Source of the DNA: Lingula anatina
Taxonomy: Eukaryota > Animalia > Brachiopoda
Length of the DNA: 64,000 nt
Direction of reading: 5' to 3'
Assembly: GCA_051362555.1 (NCBI GenBank)
Contig: CM120640.1
Span: forward strand, 65,264,788 to 65,328,787
The notes beneath the pieces were generated by a model. The model was not told the DNA's origin, searched no databases, and saw nothing but the letters and a program-made list of their open reading frames with translations. Below, piece after piece: positions 1 through 12,030 of this stretch (within the stretch, counting starts at the first letter, position 1; every line of letters begins with the position of its first letter). The position numbers were made by a program, and so were the translations under genes.

Positions 1-3000
1 GCATATCACCAACGCTCTATTAACAAATAAAAAATGACAAAAAGACAACTGTAATGTTCATATTATAAACTACATCATTGCGTATTTCAATCATAATACA
101 TTACATTTCATGGTTTTGAATTGAAAAAAGGGGGCCGTGGCAATAGCCCGAAGGTTCATTGGCCCGAATGTTCACTATAGAACCCTCGGAACAACGAACC
201 CTTGATTAAAAAACTGATGAAAACGTTACGATTTTTCGGACCAGTGAACCTTCGGACTATCGAGACGCCCCTTGGAGACTTGCCTTTATGCTTTGGATAA
301 ATGTGGATACATTGATTCCATTTTGACTTTATTCTGACTACTTCAGTGGTCGGTAATATACAATATTTACTCTGCGTTAATTTAAAAGTAAATGTATATA
401 CAGGGTGGTCCATAAGAATGACCTATTTTACTTTCCATCTCAATTTTGATATACATATAATTAAGATATTTCTAACCTTCTGTCAGCAAATTGTTCCATA
501 AGTATGATCATTTTATCCATGCAAATTCTGTAGACATTGGAAACCTTTAAGGTAGTCAAAGGGGCCATTCAGAATAGATTATCCGAGTACTAACTAATCC
601 GTCAACGGCCGGACCACACTTCAAAAGCAATGCCGCTAATTCCATGCTGGTCTCCCAGGCTCTTGCAATCATGCCAGCCGGACTGTTCCTTACTTCTCTT
701 CATATGGTGGTCTTTAAAGTGTCTAGTTTGTGGATTGTTAGCATAGATTCTTTCCTTAAGGCACCCCTAAAAGAATAAATCTGGGGGATTGAGATCTGGC
801 GAGAAGGGTGGCCAAGGAAAGTCCATGCGACGTGAGATAATGCTGATTGAAATTTGGCTACCTTAAAGGTTTCCCATTTCTGCAGAATTAGCGAGAATAA
901 AATGGTCATTCTTAGGGGACAATTTGTTGAAAAAAAGTTGGAAATATCTTAATTATATAAAAATTGAGATGGAAAGTAAAAAAAAGATCGTTTTTTTGGA
1001 CCAGCCTGTATTTATATTTTTCATATACATATCCGACCTTATTACTATAATCCCAAAGTACAGGGCAATCATGTAAAACCAGTCTTTACCAACCGCATGG
1101 CTGAGGGAACGCTCTGTGATCACCACGCCCACAAGAATAAAGATCAAGGTATTGGCCAGGTATGCCATCATTTCCCAAAATCTGAAATACAATTCTGAGG
1201 TTCTTACAAACAGTTAAACACACTAAGAAAATGGAAGAACCACGTATATGTGAATTAAGTACTTTATTGCAGCAATTGGGCAATAAAAGAAACAGTAGAC
1301 TCTGATCTTTAATTTAGGATACAGATAATTTGTTGAATGATCAATTATTGTTTTCTAGCATGGCTAGCAGTATCAATCGATTACCTGTGCAAGAAAGCTT
1401 CTACTTCAGGACTAATACTGGTTCTTTCCGCATTTAAGATCACCCCAACAACCACGATTGCTAACACCCCGGAGACTCCAAAGAAATTTTCACCTGGGCA
1501 AAGCATTACATAAAGAAGTTGAATTAGATTTTACAAATCTTAAAAGCTCTATTTCATACCGACAGAATTTTTTTGATAATACTCCGGTTATTAGTCCATT
1601 CATTTAAAAAATATAATAGCTACTGTCTAAAGATGAGCCTTGTTATTGTTTGGATCAAGTAGAGATTCATTTTTAAACGTCACAAAAACAGTCAAAGCAG
1701 AAGAATAGGTTTATTTATTTATTTATTTATTTATTTATTTTTTGCTTCGGCCATTTTTCATCTTCACCAAAATTTTCAGTAGTGAGTTTGTGATTGTCAA
1801 ATGAATTATCAAATGTAACAGTTCTGTTGGCAGTTGAATTTTCTTTCTGATACATATTATTCTCACTATTTATATTGTGTCTATCAGACCTGACTTCTTA
1901 AGCAAACGTTGTAGGGGCGAATTTTTTTATTTTTATTTTTATTATTATTTTTTTTTTTTTCATTTGCAGTGCTAAACCAGTAGAATTGTATAATTCTGGG
2001 CGTGCCATTTACACTATCCACTCTCACTTACACTATAATAGGAACGAAAAGCGCAAAACAAAATGTTTTAAAACCGTAGCCTTACCTATGAAATATGTCA
2101 TATAAGTACATGCTAGTGTGATGGTGATTTCTGTTAATGCGTCGTTGAATATTTCAGATAGCCATAGTGTGGTAAGTTTTGCCATGACGAATCCAAACAG
2201 AGTGCCTCCAAAGACAATTTGTATGAAATTTAAAACTATCTCCCCACCTGAAAAAAGTAAAAATGAATGTTTGAATTATCGGAACATTATGTACGACATT
2301 CTTTTTCATGTAAATAGTAAAAAGAGAACCACAAACGGTAGACTGTGTGTGTGTGTGTGTGTGTGTGTGTGAGAAAGCCACACTTTAAAGTATGAGTATT
2401 TCGATTCTTGCCTCATAAATGAAAGAGGTATGCGTACACTGAATAGATTTTTGGTTGGGTATTGAACTCTGTATTAGACAAAAAAGGCGACAGGTCCAAA
2501 AATCAGAGACGTGAAATTAGTAGAATTCATTCCAGAGTGAAACTTATGAGTTTCGTAAAACGTTTCAGCGCTATCTCCTCCAGACAACTCAAGCAAAAGA
2601 CTTGCTAACACAAAAACGCTTGCTTTTTGTTATTGTTGATTTACACTCATTAACTTTCATGTCGAACAGTCTTTTACCGTCCACACTTTGTCCTGCTGAT
2701 TTCGAAATTTTCCGGAGAACGTTGAAGAGTACAATAGCAGCACCGTCATTCAGCAACGATTCTCCTTCTATGAGTGTACCAAGTTGTTTCGATGCACCTA
2801 GTTGAAAATAAAGTAACTTTTGTTTGATATAACTTCAAAAGAATCAAACGCATTGGCGTAACATTAAAAGTACGAGAATTCAATTAGATAATATTGTTTT
2901 ATCACAATTTGCTGAAGGAAAGTGGTGGTACTAATCTGTGGTACCCTTAATAAAATGATTGTCCGCTATACTCCCTACGTACTGTACTGGTACGCTTGCT

Positions 3001-4643
3001 CTCGAATATACGCAAACGAAACTGAATTGCTGCGTTTTACCCGATAAAAATAAGATGATCTTTGGTTGAACAAAAAAGAAAAATGTTTTAAAAGAGAAAA
3101 AACTTTTTTCTTCGCTTACGATTAAGCTTGAATGTATCTATACATTACAAGAAAACTTTTAGATATTTTCACAGTTCTATTTTAATAATTAAATTTTATA
3201 ATTTACTTACCTACTTCACGCAACAAAGCCACGACTGCAACTGGGTCCGTGGCACTGAGAATTGAGCCAAACATCATGGAATCAGCCAATTCCCAGTTAT
3301 ACTGGAATACATACATGGCTAACAGGCCTGTCAGAACTGATGCCAACACTAAAATAAAATTCTATATTAAATTTTGTCAGTATGTTTTATCAATGTCATA
3401 GAATACATGAAATACACAAATAATTACGAGTCACTATAATGTATTTGTATTTTTCATTTATAAACATTCTATTAAGTACTTACATAAGCCAGGAATAGCT
3501 AGGACGACGATTTGCATGAAAGATTTGATGAACGTGTGAGCTTCCATAGCAAAAGCAGACTCAAAAACCAAGACTGGAAGAAATATGTGGAGCAGGAGAT
3601 GAGGGTCCATTTCTGTCATAGGCAATGTATAAGTATTTACAGCGGGTGCGTGGGTTGCAATAACACCCACAATCCCGCCAATCACCAGCAGCAGCACGGT
3701 GTAAGGCAACGGTATCCGAAGTTGTTTGATCAAAGTTCTTGTCACGGCTGAAAGTAAGATTATAGTACAAGGAACGTGATTAATAATAAGAGTTCAAGTG
3801 ACATGATTATTGCTAACAGACGGATATTTTTGGCCTAAAGATGCAACTGAAACCAAATGCCAGCTTGTAGTTTCAAATAGTATAGCTCAGAGAAATACCT
3901 CCGCGCAACGCGTACTGCTTTCACTCTTTTTTCTGACAAAATAAATGTCTTGACCTCTTAAAAGAAATTATTTTCCGTCGTGTCTGCTTTTCGATGTTAA
4001 ATTCAGTTATATGGTGACTTTCACCAATGTCTCTACCATTCAAATGAATTGGTTTTTGCAATTTTATTTATTTTATTTTTATTTTATTATTTTTATTTAC
4101 TTTTATTATTATTATTTTATTTTTTTCTGTTGACACATGAAATTCCCTCAGCTTTCATTATTTTTAATGGACTGAAAGTCTCTTGTAAAACATCGAAAAA
4201 AAGTAAATAGCCAAATTATTTTAATAGCGGAGACACATAGTCATCATATAATTGAATTAAGAAGAACATTGAAACCCAAAGACTTATAAGGTGGGAGTAT
4301 TATTTTAGCTTGGCTCTGTGTAACCATAGAAGTAGAGGTGAAGCCTACTTGATTCTGATGCTTCTATTATCTAAATTCTAATCCTGCAATAACAAAACAC
4401 AGAAGAGAAAAGAACATGATCGTATAATATTTGGTGGCGTTTTCCGCGCGCCGAAGTCCTCCAGAATTCAGTGAAACTGTTCCTACCTCCTAGTGTACAT
4501 CCACTAAAGATGAATAGGATTGCTGCAGTGCTGTGAGAATGGTGTCCACCGGAACTTGTACCGCCACCGTGTCCCGTACCATTTTCAGTTACGTTATCCG
4601 CCACGCTGCGTATTCCTCGCAAAGCAATTGTTTCCAAATTCAT
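1..4643 (-). CDS. SLC9C1: SLC9C1/sNHE-like (CPA1) Na+/H+ exchanger, 5' part; gene continues beyond the left edge
   Basis: Phase-consistent GT-AG exons: 4487-4643, 3484-3747, 3211-3348, 2678-2797, 2086-2247, 1385-1493, 1038-1181, <1-16. The spliced protein has CPA1 motifs IPLPYTVLLL, DPHLLLHIFLPVLVFESAF, LSATDPVAVVALLREVGASKQLGTLIEGESLLNDGAAIVLF, IFNDALTEITIT, GVSGVLA and SPEVEAFLHRFWEMMAYLANTLIF, typical of SLC9C/SOS1-type exchangers. The VSD and CNBD that define SLC9C would lie outside the window. Confidence 0.85.
131..271. mobile_element. Short MITE-like element with imperfect terminal inverted repeats
   Basis: Left end GGGGCCGTGGCAATAGCCCGAAGGTTCATTGGCCCGAA matches the reverse complement of the right end TTCGGACCAGTGAACCTTCGGACTATCGAGACGCCCC; intronic in SLC9C1. 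Confidence 0.55.
401..1008. mobile_element. Tc1/mariner-type non-autonomous element (MITE) with ~160-bp imperfect TIRs and TA target duplication
   Basis: TA|CAGGGTGGTCC...GGACCAGCCTG|TA; 401-560 is the reverse complement of ~850-1008 (e.g. TACTTTCCATCTCAATTTT vs AAAATTGAGATGGAAAGTA; GGAAACCTTTAAGGTAG vs CTACCTTAAAGGTTTCC). Confidence 0.8.
2344..2371. repeat. (GT)n microsatellite
   Basis: Direct inspection. Confidence 0.95.
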
Positions 4644-4856
4644 GACAATTTTTTCTTTTATCAGAAAATATTAAATGTTCAAAGTTTGCATATATTTTCA
4701 CACGGCCATTTTGACCCCGTTCACATGACGCTTCTCGCGTTCCGAAGTTGCTCGCGCAGTTACGTCGTAGTGGGTTGCGTAACGTCATTTGTTGACGCCA
4801 CAGATTTTAATCAAAAATGAAAAATATCTAACAGGAAAAAAATAATCCCAAAAATG

Positions 4857-5827
4857 GGGGAGACGGGGGCGAGTTGGCCCAGTTAGACACTTTTGGTCTT
4901 GTAGAGCCAACTGGGAATAAGTTAGTGCAACAAAACCGGTTTCAACGTAAGCCCCATGAACTTAGCTACGTATGCAACGTCATTAATTTTCTAATATAAT
5001 GCCAGATGGCTCACAATTTGACAAAAAGCGCAATTGACGTAAGGGGGGGCAACTTGCCCCGTCACGTATCCCATGTAAACGCCATTAAATACATTTTTAC
5101 ACATTTTAATTTTATTAAAGTGATTTTCGAGAGTCATTGATGAATAAGTAGTTTAAATGAGGCAGATATTTTGAGGTTTCTGTACGTTACGTTGTACGTG
5201 TTGTACGAAAACAAAATATCTATTAGTGAAACTTCTTTTTTTTAAATGAAGAATAAACTAATAATGGTATAAAGCAGGTTTTTAATGAATGAAAAACGAA
5301 TAATAATTTTTTGTTTAAAAAAACTTACAAATTCAATCTTAAACTAATTATTTAACAAACTATTGAATTTATTTTAACAATGGTCTATAGCTCTCTTGTG
5401 CGCAAAGGATTAGGCCTATAGTCTAAATGAGGGTCCAACTTGCCCCGAGTCAAGGGGGCCAACTTTTTTATTTTAAAGGATTGCAGCCATTTTTGGTGCT
5501 AAAATGAACAACGATGATACATTTCTATGAACCTTGAAACTATGAGCTTCAGTTTGGTGCCCTATCATATAGGCCTACTATATTCGATCAAAAGCCAATG
5601 AAAATAGATTTTAAAATCTCTTTAATAAAGTTACTTTAAGAATTGCAGAATTCTTTCATTTAGACTCACCGCCTAAATAAAACTTTTTACGACCGACGCT
5701 TTCTTGGTATTATTGGATACAGTCACTTTACAAAATGATATGATCAAATTTTTTATCCCGTAGTTACTTTTTCATAAATTGATGGGGGGCCTACTTGCCC
5801 CGGGGTCCAACTAGCCCCGGTCTCCCC
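4857..5827. mobile_element. Non-autonomous TIR DNA transposon, possibly pogo/Tc1-like
   Basis: Left GGGGAGACGGGGGCGAGTTGGCCC vs right GGGTCCAACTAGCCCCGGTCTCCCC|TA; internal repeats of the GGGGC(A/C)ACTTGCCCC type at ~5047, ~5431 and ~5786; no transposase ORF. Confidence 0.7.
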
Positions 5828-6858
5828 TAGAGTAGAATTGCTATTTATCACTCTCTCTTTGACCAGAGAGAGAGAGAGAGAGAGAAGATTCAGATTTCTG
5901 AAACAAAATGATGGATCAATATCCCCCCCTTCTTTCTTTATAGGGAGCTTATAGATTTGTTACGATACGTTTTAAAAGTAAGACTATCAAGTCTTGCATT
6001 CATAAAACTACAATTATTGCTTTCAGTATAATTACGCTTTTATTTCATAGAGCTATCCTCGGTGAAAATATTGCAATATTTCTTAATGATATACTGATAG
6101 CAGTTGACTGATAGGATTTCCACTCAACCTTTTTCTGTTAAGTCTCCTAAATCAAATCATAAAGATATTATGAGTTACACACTCAAATGAATAACTTAAG
6201 TGTTCTATAACTTGCTTCCAGTTAAATTAGACATATTAAAGACACTACGATAGGTTATTGTCTCTTGAGATATACCTTTCAATAAATTTGAAGAGGAATG
6301 TTTTGGTTACTATTACACATAGCAATAAATCATTATATTACAATGTGACATAATGTACAATCCGAATGACTTTATAGAATAAGGAATGATTTATTGCATT
6401 TTGTTTTAAAAAAGTCTTTTGATAAATTAACTTCGGGCACATTTTACGTGTTTCTGATGCTTTAAACATTCTCAAGCCTCTCTCAAATCATTTTTTTACA
6501 CAAACGGTAGATGTTAGTTATTGTCATCTAGCCTAATTAACTTTATTCTATAAAAATAACAAAGAAGTGCGTGTGTGTGCTTGCGTGCGTGTGTAGGCCT
6601 ATCAGTATGTAAGTATTGAATGCCCAACGTTACAAGTAGGGGCCTAAGCTGGTAAAAGCATCATAAATTTTGTCCCATATCCTTACCATGTAGAGGAGTG
6701 TGTTCTAACGGGAAGACACATTAGACTTTCGAGGTGTTCGTGATTGAGTTATCTATGTAATATCGCCAACGTTCGAGTAGAACTGTTTACTCTAGTCAGC
6801 AAACTACCAACGCAATACTGAATTTTGCCTGCTTGTAGCGCTAGAGCACGAACTGCGC

Positions 6859-6873
6859 GTTGTCTATGACAAC
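6859..6873. promoter_or_regulatory. RFX X-box-like palindrome upstream of SLC9C1
   Basis: GTTGTC-TAT-GACAAC, a perfect palindrome fitting the X-box consensus, in a CpG-containing patch. Confidence 0.45.
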
Positions 6874-7159
6874 AAATTCGATAAAGTTTTTAAGATGACT
6901 AACATCTTTCATTTTTAGCATGACCGATATCACGGAGAAGTTTGTTTTTTTTTTACCGAGGCTTGCTTGATTAGAAATATTTCAAGTACTGAGACATATA
7001 CTGTTCGCTACATATAGTTTGTGTTTAATCTCCTTGTCTCCAAAGGCGGCTTGTATGTTGAGGATCCTTGAATTAGATAATACTTAAAAGGGAAGGCTTT
7101 TAACGACATCCACCGTGGGTCTGTCACTCCAATCCTGTATAAACTATATTCTAATTGGG

Positions 7160-7314
7160 TCATTTGAACCAATTGCAGGAATTGCCATTCACAGTGCGGC
7201 ACAAGGACTTCCCAGCAGAAAACACCCTCTTTTTGCTTTCAGGCTGTGATGGCCCTCTTAGAATATGAGGTGGGGGTCTTGCCCATGGCGAATCTTGTGT
7301 TTTATAGTTGTCAC
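7160..7314 (-). CDS. Candidate terminal coding exon of a neuropeptide-like precursor (KKR followed by a Cys-loop peptide)
   Basis: Acceptor GTTCAGTTTCAG; phase-1 reading (G)DNYKTQDSPWARPPPHILRGPSQPESKKR-VFSAGKSLCRTVNGNSCNWFK*; phase-compatible with the exon at 10648-10912. Confidence 0.35.
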
Positions 7315-9359
7315 CTGAAACTGAACAAGAGCATTTAATATTGGTCCCTTGTCTGCGGTTTAATTAAGTCTAGTGCAAAAACATACTGTATCTGGCATAT
7401 TGTATGAAACTTGTTTACGCCATGTTAGCAAGAATCCTTGAAAGGAAAACGCCTCTGTAAAAAAAAAAAGGAAAGCAAAGAAAAGAAAAAAAGCAAATAA
7501 CAGACCATGGGGTTGCGGTTAACTCTTGAAAGGTACATTTTCCTACAAAACAAACTGATGCATTTATCTGCAAGCCAGTCTTGTTTTCTGTCGGCCGCAA
7601 TGGCCGCCATTTAATGAAAAACTAACAAATACTCGGCGAGTGCCACGCACCAGAGGAAGACAAAGGAAAAAGCGTACTGTGTCCGCCTATCTCTAACATA
7701 CTAACCCGAGGGAATATAAACCTTATACATCTAGGTGATAAATGTTTTAGTAAAGCACTGGTTGGCGTCTTTTCTCAGGTCCACGCACGTTTTGTAGAAT
7801 TGATTGTCTTCTCCTATAATTGTTTCATTATTATTCCTTTTTATGGGAGTAATTCCCACAAATTGTCTTAACGACGTATTAAACGCCATGGTATGGATGC
7901 TGGGCAATCGGTTTGCTGACATACACAATTAACTAAAAAATATGGGTTAGAGTATAATTACAAGGCTGATGTCTAATCTACAAATGTTGCTCGTTGTTTT
8001 TATAACAATGGAACCTATAGGGGCGTATTTGTCTTTTAATATTGAATTCTTTATTTTTCATTTGGTTTGTTCTGTTGTTCTGTCATTCAAATGTCTAATT
8101 GTATGAATATCTGATTATAGTTGTTTGCACCTTTCAACAAAACTTCAGTAGCACTTTTTTTAAGTAGGTCTACTGTAGAAAATGAAACCACTTATATAAG
8201 CCATAAATGTACGGTAAAATATCATCTCCATCAAGGGCGACTGTGTCTGTACTTAGTTCCCATATACCTAGTGACTAACAAACGTATTATTGCAACTGGA
8301 TACCAAAATGGGTGTGTTTAATCAGACAGAAAAGCGACGGTTAAGTGGCTTTACCTCATAATGTCATCTTTCATAAACCCAGTTTTGCCTGTACAGAAAA
8401 GCATAGGATCCATAAAGTTTAAATTTATCTTGCACTGCTCACACGCAAACTGATGTTATAATTTGTAGATTAAGAAGGAAGTTTATGTTATTACTGTCAT
8501 ATACCTGATTAAGTCAGTTAAAACGTTCAAGGCACACCTTACCACAATGATATTTACAAAAATCCTCTATTTTTTTTTTTTTTTTTTTTTTGCATGCCCA
8601 TGTAAAACTTGTACTATCTAATACTAAATAATACTGAGTATATTTCAATCAATTATAAATAACGGTTCCCTAGCCAATATCGCAAGACAAATTGACTTAT
8701 TGACTTAAAACTCTGATTAAAATAGATTTAAGCTATTGTGACTTGCTTATTTAACGAATTAAAACATGTTGTTTGGAGAGAGGCCAGTAGAAAAATCATG
8801 TGTAAAATATACAAGTGCTAAATACTCTACATCGCCTGTACGTAGAGCAAATGCTTATTTAAAAATCCATACATGACAAACACTGATGCTGATGCATTAT
8901 AGAGAGAACTGAATGTCACATATCGCGAGTTTCGATTTCTCTGCGTATGTTGCACTTTTTTTCAGGTAGTGTGCATAACTAAGGATATGTTCGTATTTGC
9001 AAAAGACAGCATTTTTTTTAATTGATTATTTTGAAGTAACAGTATTCCTTTTTTCATTTAACTGACCGATAAAGTCATTTTCAAGAATAGAGATAATATT
9101 AATGCATTAAGATATTGCTTCTCAATTTTTAAACACACTGATGATTTCTAAGAAAAAGTTGTTTTCGTGTAGCTGGTAATTCTGTTCATGTATATTGACT
9201 ATATTGATCTATATTGAAATACTTAACACATTTTGCTGCTCACGCAAGTATTTTTTGATGTGGCGTGTTATATTCTTATATGTCTATTTACCAACAGTTT
9301 TGTGTAGCATAACAGTGACTTTAAGTAGTGACTCTCACACTATACGTTCGTGATTTAAT

Positions 9360-9383
9360 ATCATCATCATCATCATCATCATC
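9360..9383. repeat. (ATC)n microsatellite
   Basis: Direct inspection. Confidence 0.9.
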
Positions 9384-9550
9384 GTTATATATCTAAATTC
9401 ATGATTTTGATATTCTAAAATTAATGAGTAAAATCTATTGAAAACCACGCTAATTACTCCATTTATAATCACAATTACGACAGATAGCTATTTGTATGCA
9501 ATTGTGTTAGTAAAATGTCCCATTTGTGAGATACCCCATTTGAGCTTATT

Positions 9551-9721
9551 CAGGTGCGACAGGATGGTAGTCCTAGGAATGGAAGTCCGGGGTCCCATAT
9601 AATTAGTACAGGTTCAGGTTAGTCGGAGTATTGGAGATAGTTTATGGGATGAATACCACCTGTACAAAGTAATGGTGAACGGACTACAGTTCCTAGCGGA
9701 CTGCCATTCCTGTTACACCTG
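9551..9721. mobile_element. Short MITE with imperfect TIRs
   Basis: CAGGTGCGACAGGATGGTAGTCC...GGACTGCCATTCCTGTTACACCTG inverted termini. Confidence 0.6.
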
Positions 9722-10647
9722 TCTATGCCGAAAACTTAGACTGTGCCCCCCAAATGAAGACAAATGAATATGTGTGGATTGTGCTTACAAGGCTATTGTA
9801 AACTTAACAGATCATTTTGTCTACAGATATAATGCTTCTACAAAATCTAGACACATTTCCAACATTCCATTGGTATATGTATCAGGTGTTTGGCGAGTAT
9901 GAGGGCTTTTGCTGACTTCCACAGACTCGAGCTATTATTGGACCGGAAGATTAACTTTGTGTAACATTTGCACAAATCTGACTAAAGAACGCATGAGTGT
10001 TTGGAGTTTAATACTGCGAACACCGTCAATGTTCACTAGAATAGAAGTTCACCACTCTTCCAATAACCTTCTGATGTTTTATTTTAACTCAAGATCTAAA
10101 ACCCCGTTTTTTATTCCAAATTTATATTTATTTCCGTTACGAGAGAAGTTAACCAGTCTCCATTATGAAAGTGAACTGATTGTCTTAGAAATCTGCCCCT
10201 TGTTGTTTCAGAACACAGGGTATTATAAAAAGTTAATATTGTCATTAAGGGAAAATTGCTGGATTGCCAAGAAAACCAGATCTTATCTCATCTTCTTTTA
10301 TTGCTACTTTCTTTTATGCTTTTAAATATATTGATTTAAGAAAAGTTTTAAGAGAAAATGCATTAAACAATTTATGATTTAATAACCTATTACTTATGTT
10401 TGTAGAGCTTATAAGAGGCAAAATAGAAAATAATAATTACTTATGAAGCAGCTCTCAAAATAAACGTACATATTTAGCATATTGCATTAAATTGTAGTGC
10501 CACGCCTCACCTAGATTTATACTCACGAGGCATGTTTAAAACAATCTACCTAGGATTTAACAAACCTAGATCAAACCTAGATCCAACAAACGGAACAAAG
10601 TTCAATCTAGATTAGTGTGCAATTTGAAGAGTCCTGCAGCGTCTTAC

Positions 10648-10912
10648 CCACATTCCTAAGCTTTCCCAGCACACTGATTCCTAAGGGAGATCCAATTTGT
10701 TTTGCTGGCCGAAATAAAGATGTCCTCTCATTTTGCATCTTCAAAGCCCTTAATAAAAACAGTTCTTTGCAAGCTGCTTGGTCTTCTGCTGGCAAATCGT
10801 CTGCTAGGTCCCAACATAAACCTGCAGACGTACCTGTGGTGTACAGACACAGGAGTGTGACCCATGGCAGTAGTAGACGTAAGGTGTTCATCGTCACAAA
10901 TCTCCTTCCCAT
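10648..10912 (-). CDS. Exon 1 of orphan secreted precursor A (signal peptide plus two-Cys segment)
   Basis: MGRRFVTMNTLRLLLPWVTLLCLYTTGTSA|GLCWDLADDLPAEDQAACKELFLLRALKMQNER...LRNVG; hydrophobic signal peptide with a small-residue cleavage site; TATATTAAAA at 10973-10982; donor G|GTAAGA (phase 1). The provided ORF 10607-10990 starts upstream of the TATA box and reads through this donor. Confidence 0.6.
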
Positions 10913-10972
10913 CTTCAACCTTGTCGATTGTTGTGCAAGAGAATGACTGTCCGCCGCGCGCACACGCCTGCG

Positions 10973-10982
10973 TTTTAATATA
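10973..10982 (-). promoter_or_regulatory. TATA box of precursor A
   Basis: TATATTAAAA about 25-30 nt upstream of an Inr-like CAGTCATT and about 60 nt upstream of the ATG. Confidence 0.45.
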
Positions 10983-12013
10983 CCTGCCATTCAAACTGCC
11001 AACACAAAACTAGCGACTGATAAAAAACAAGTAAGATAAACAAAACAAATCGGTGGTTAGAAAAAATCCGCCCAGTTGGTTAGAAAGTGATGCAAACAGG
11101 CTGCTATTACCGAGCGTTGAGGTTTAAAAGTCATGAATCTTCATCATGAATATTTCCCTTGATTGGGAGAAGTGAGAAACCACAAGCCTAATTATAGCAC
11201 TTATTTGAGTGATTTATGGTGATTACATTTTCATGCAATTATATACAAACAGGATGTACAATTTCAAAATGCTGCTTGGAAAATTATTGACACACGCACA
11301 CGCGTGTACATGTATCTGCCGCCACTCTGTGGGTACTAGGATATTGATAAGAACAAGTACATGGATAAGTAAACGTATATAGAGTCTGTTAATGTGTTTG
11401 CTGCAAATATCTAATAATTTCCCTTTAATGCAAAAACCTTTTGTATTCTTAATATGCTTTGGAAAAAAACAGTATTGACTTTAAAAATCGAAAAATTGCC
11501 TTACGTTGCTAAGGGGGACATTTTAAGAAAATCTTTTATTATTTGTATGCAATTAGGAATGCATTTTTCTGCATTAGACTAGAGACATTAGTGTTTAATA
11601 ACAGTATAAAGTACACCTGTTAAACAACTGACTTAGAATGGTGGGAGTAGTCGTTTATTGACTGCCTGTATGGTGAACTAAAAATATATAAAGACAAATA
11701 CAGAAGATTTACAACAATGAAGTTAATCAAATAATAATACAAAGAAGTTAAATTACATAATCAAGGTAAATACACAAGGAATTTCTTGAATGAACAAAGG
11801 AATACAGTAGTATAGATAAATACTAGTGTATAATTATAAAAATCAAATCAAGTTACATATACTCACAAACTTTCATTTCTCAACCATTCTTACAGGTGAC
11901 TCTAAAACGTTTTCCTAGTCTACAATAAAATCAATTAAACAGCAAAAACATATTTTGCTCTGCAACGCAAGCAACTCATTTGGCATATGATCTGCCACGT
12001 GAAAAACGACAGC

Positions 12014-12030
12014 GCGCGTAGAGGGCGCCA
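12014..12030 (+). promoter_or_regulatory. CTCF-like motif
   Basis: GCGCGTAGAGGGCGCCA matches the CTCF core (TAGAGGGCGC); an isolated GC-rich spot in AT-rich DNA, next to an E-box CACGTG. Confidence 0.35.

Noticed and set aside
7415-7720. MAAIAADRK ORF with YY1-like AAATGGCGGCC and a TATA-like motif upstream
   Set aside because: Every splice combination tried ran into early stops; no recognisable product
7731-7935. Minus-strand ORF with KR and two Cys (…KRNNNE…CVDLRKDANQC…), and an overlapping frame NCVCQQTDCPASIPWRLIRR*
   Set aside because: No signal peptide and no convincing splice connection; two competing frames suggest chance, though RNA-seq of precursor A could revive it
10617-10946. 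Plus-strand 109-aa ORF, and similar shadow ORFs such as 14494-14748, 19584-19916 and 56019-56456
   Set aside because: Antisense shadows of real or likely coding exons, with no independent motifs
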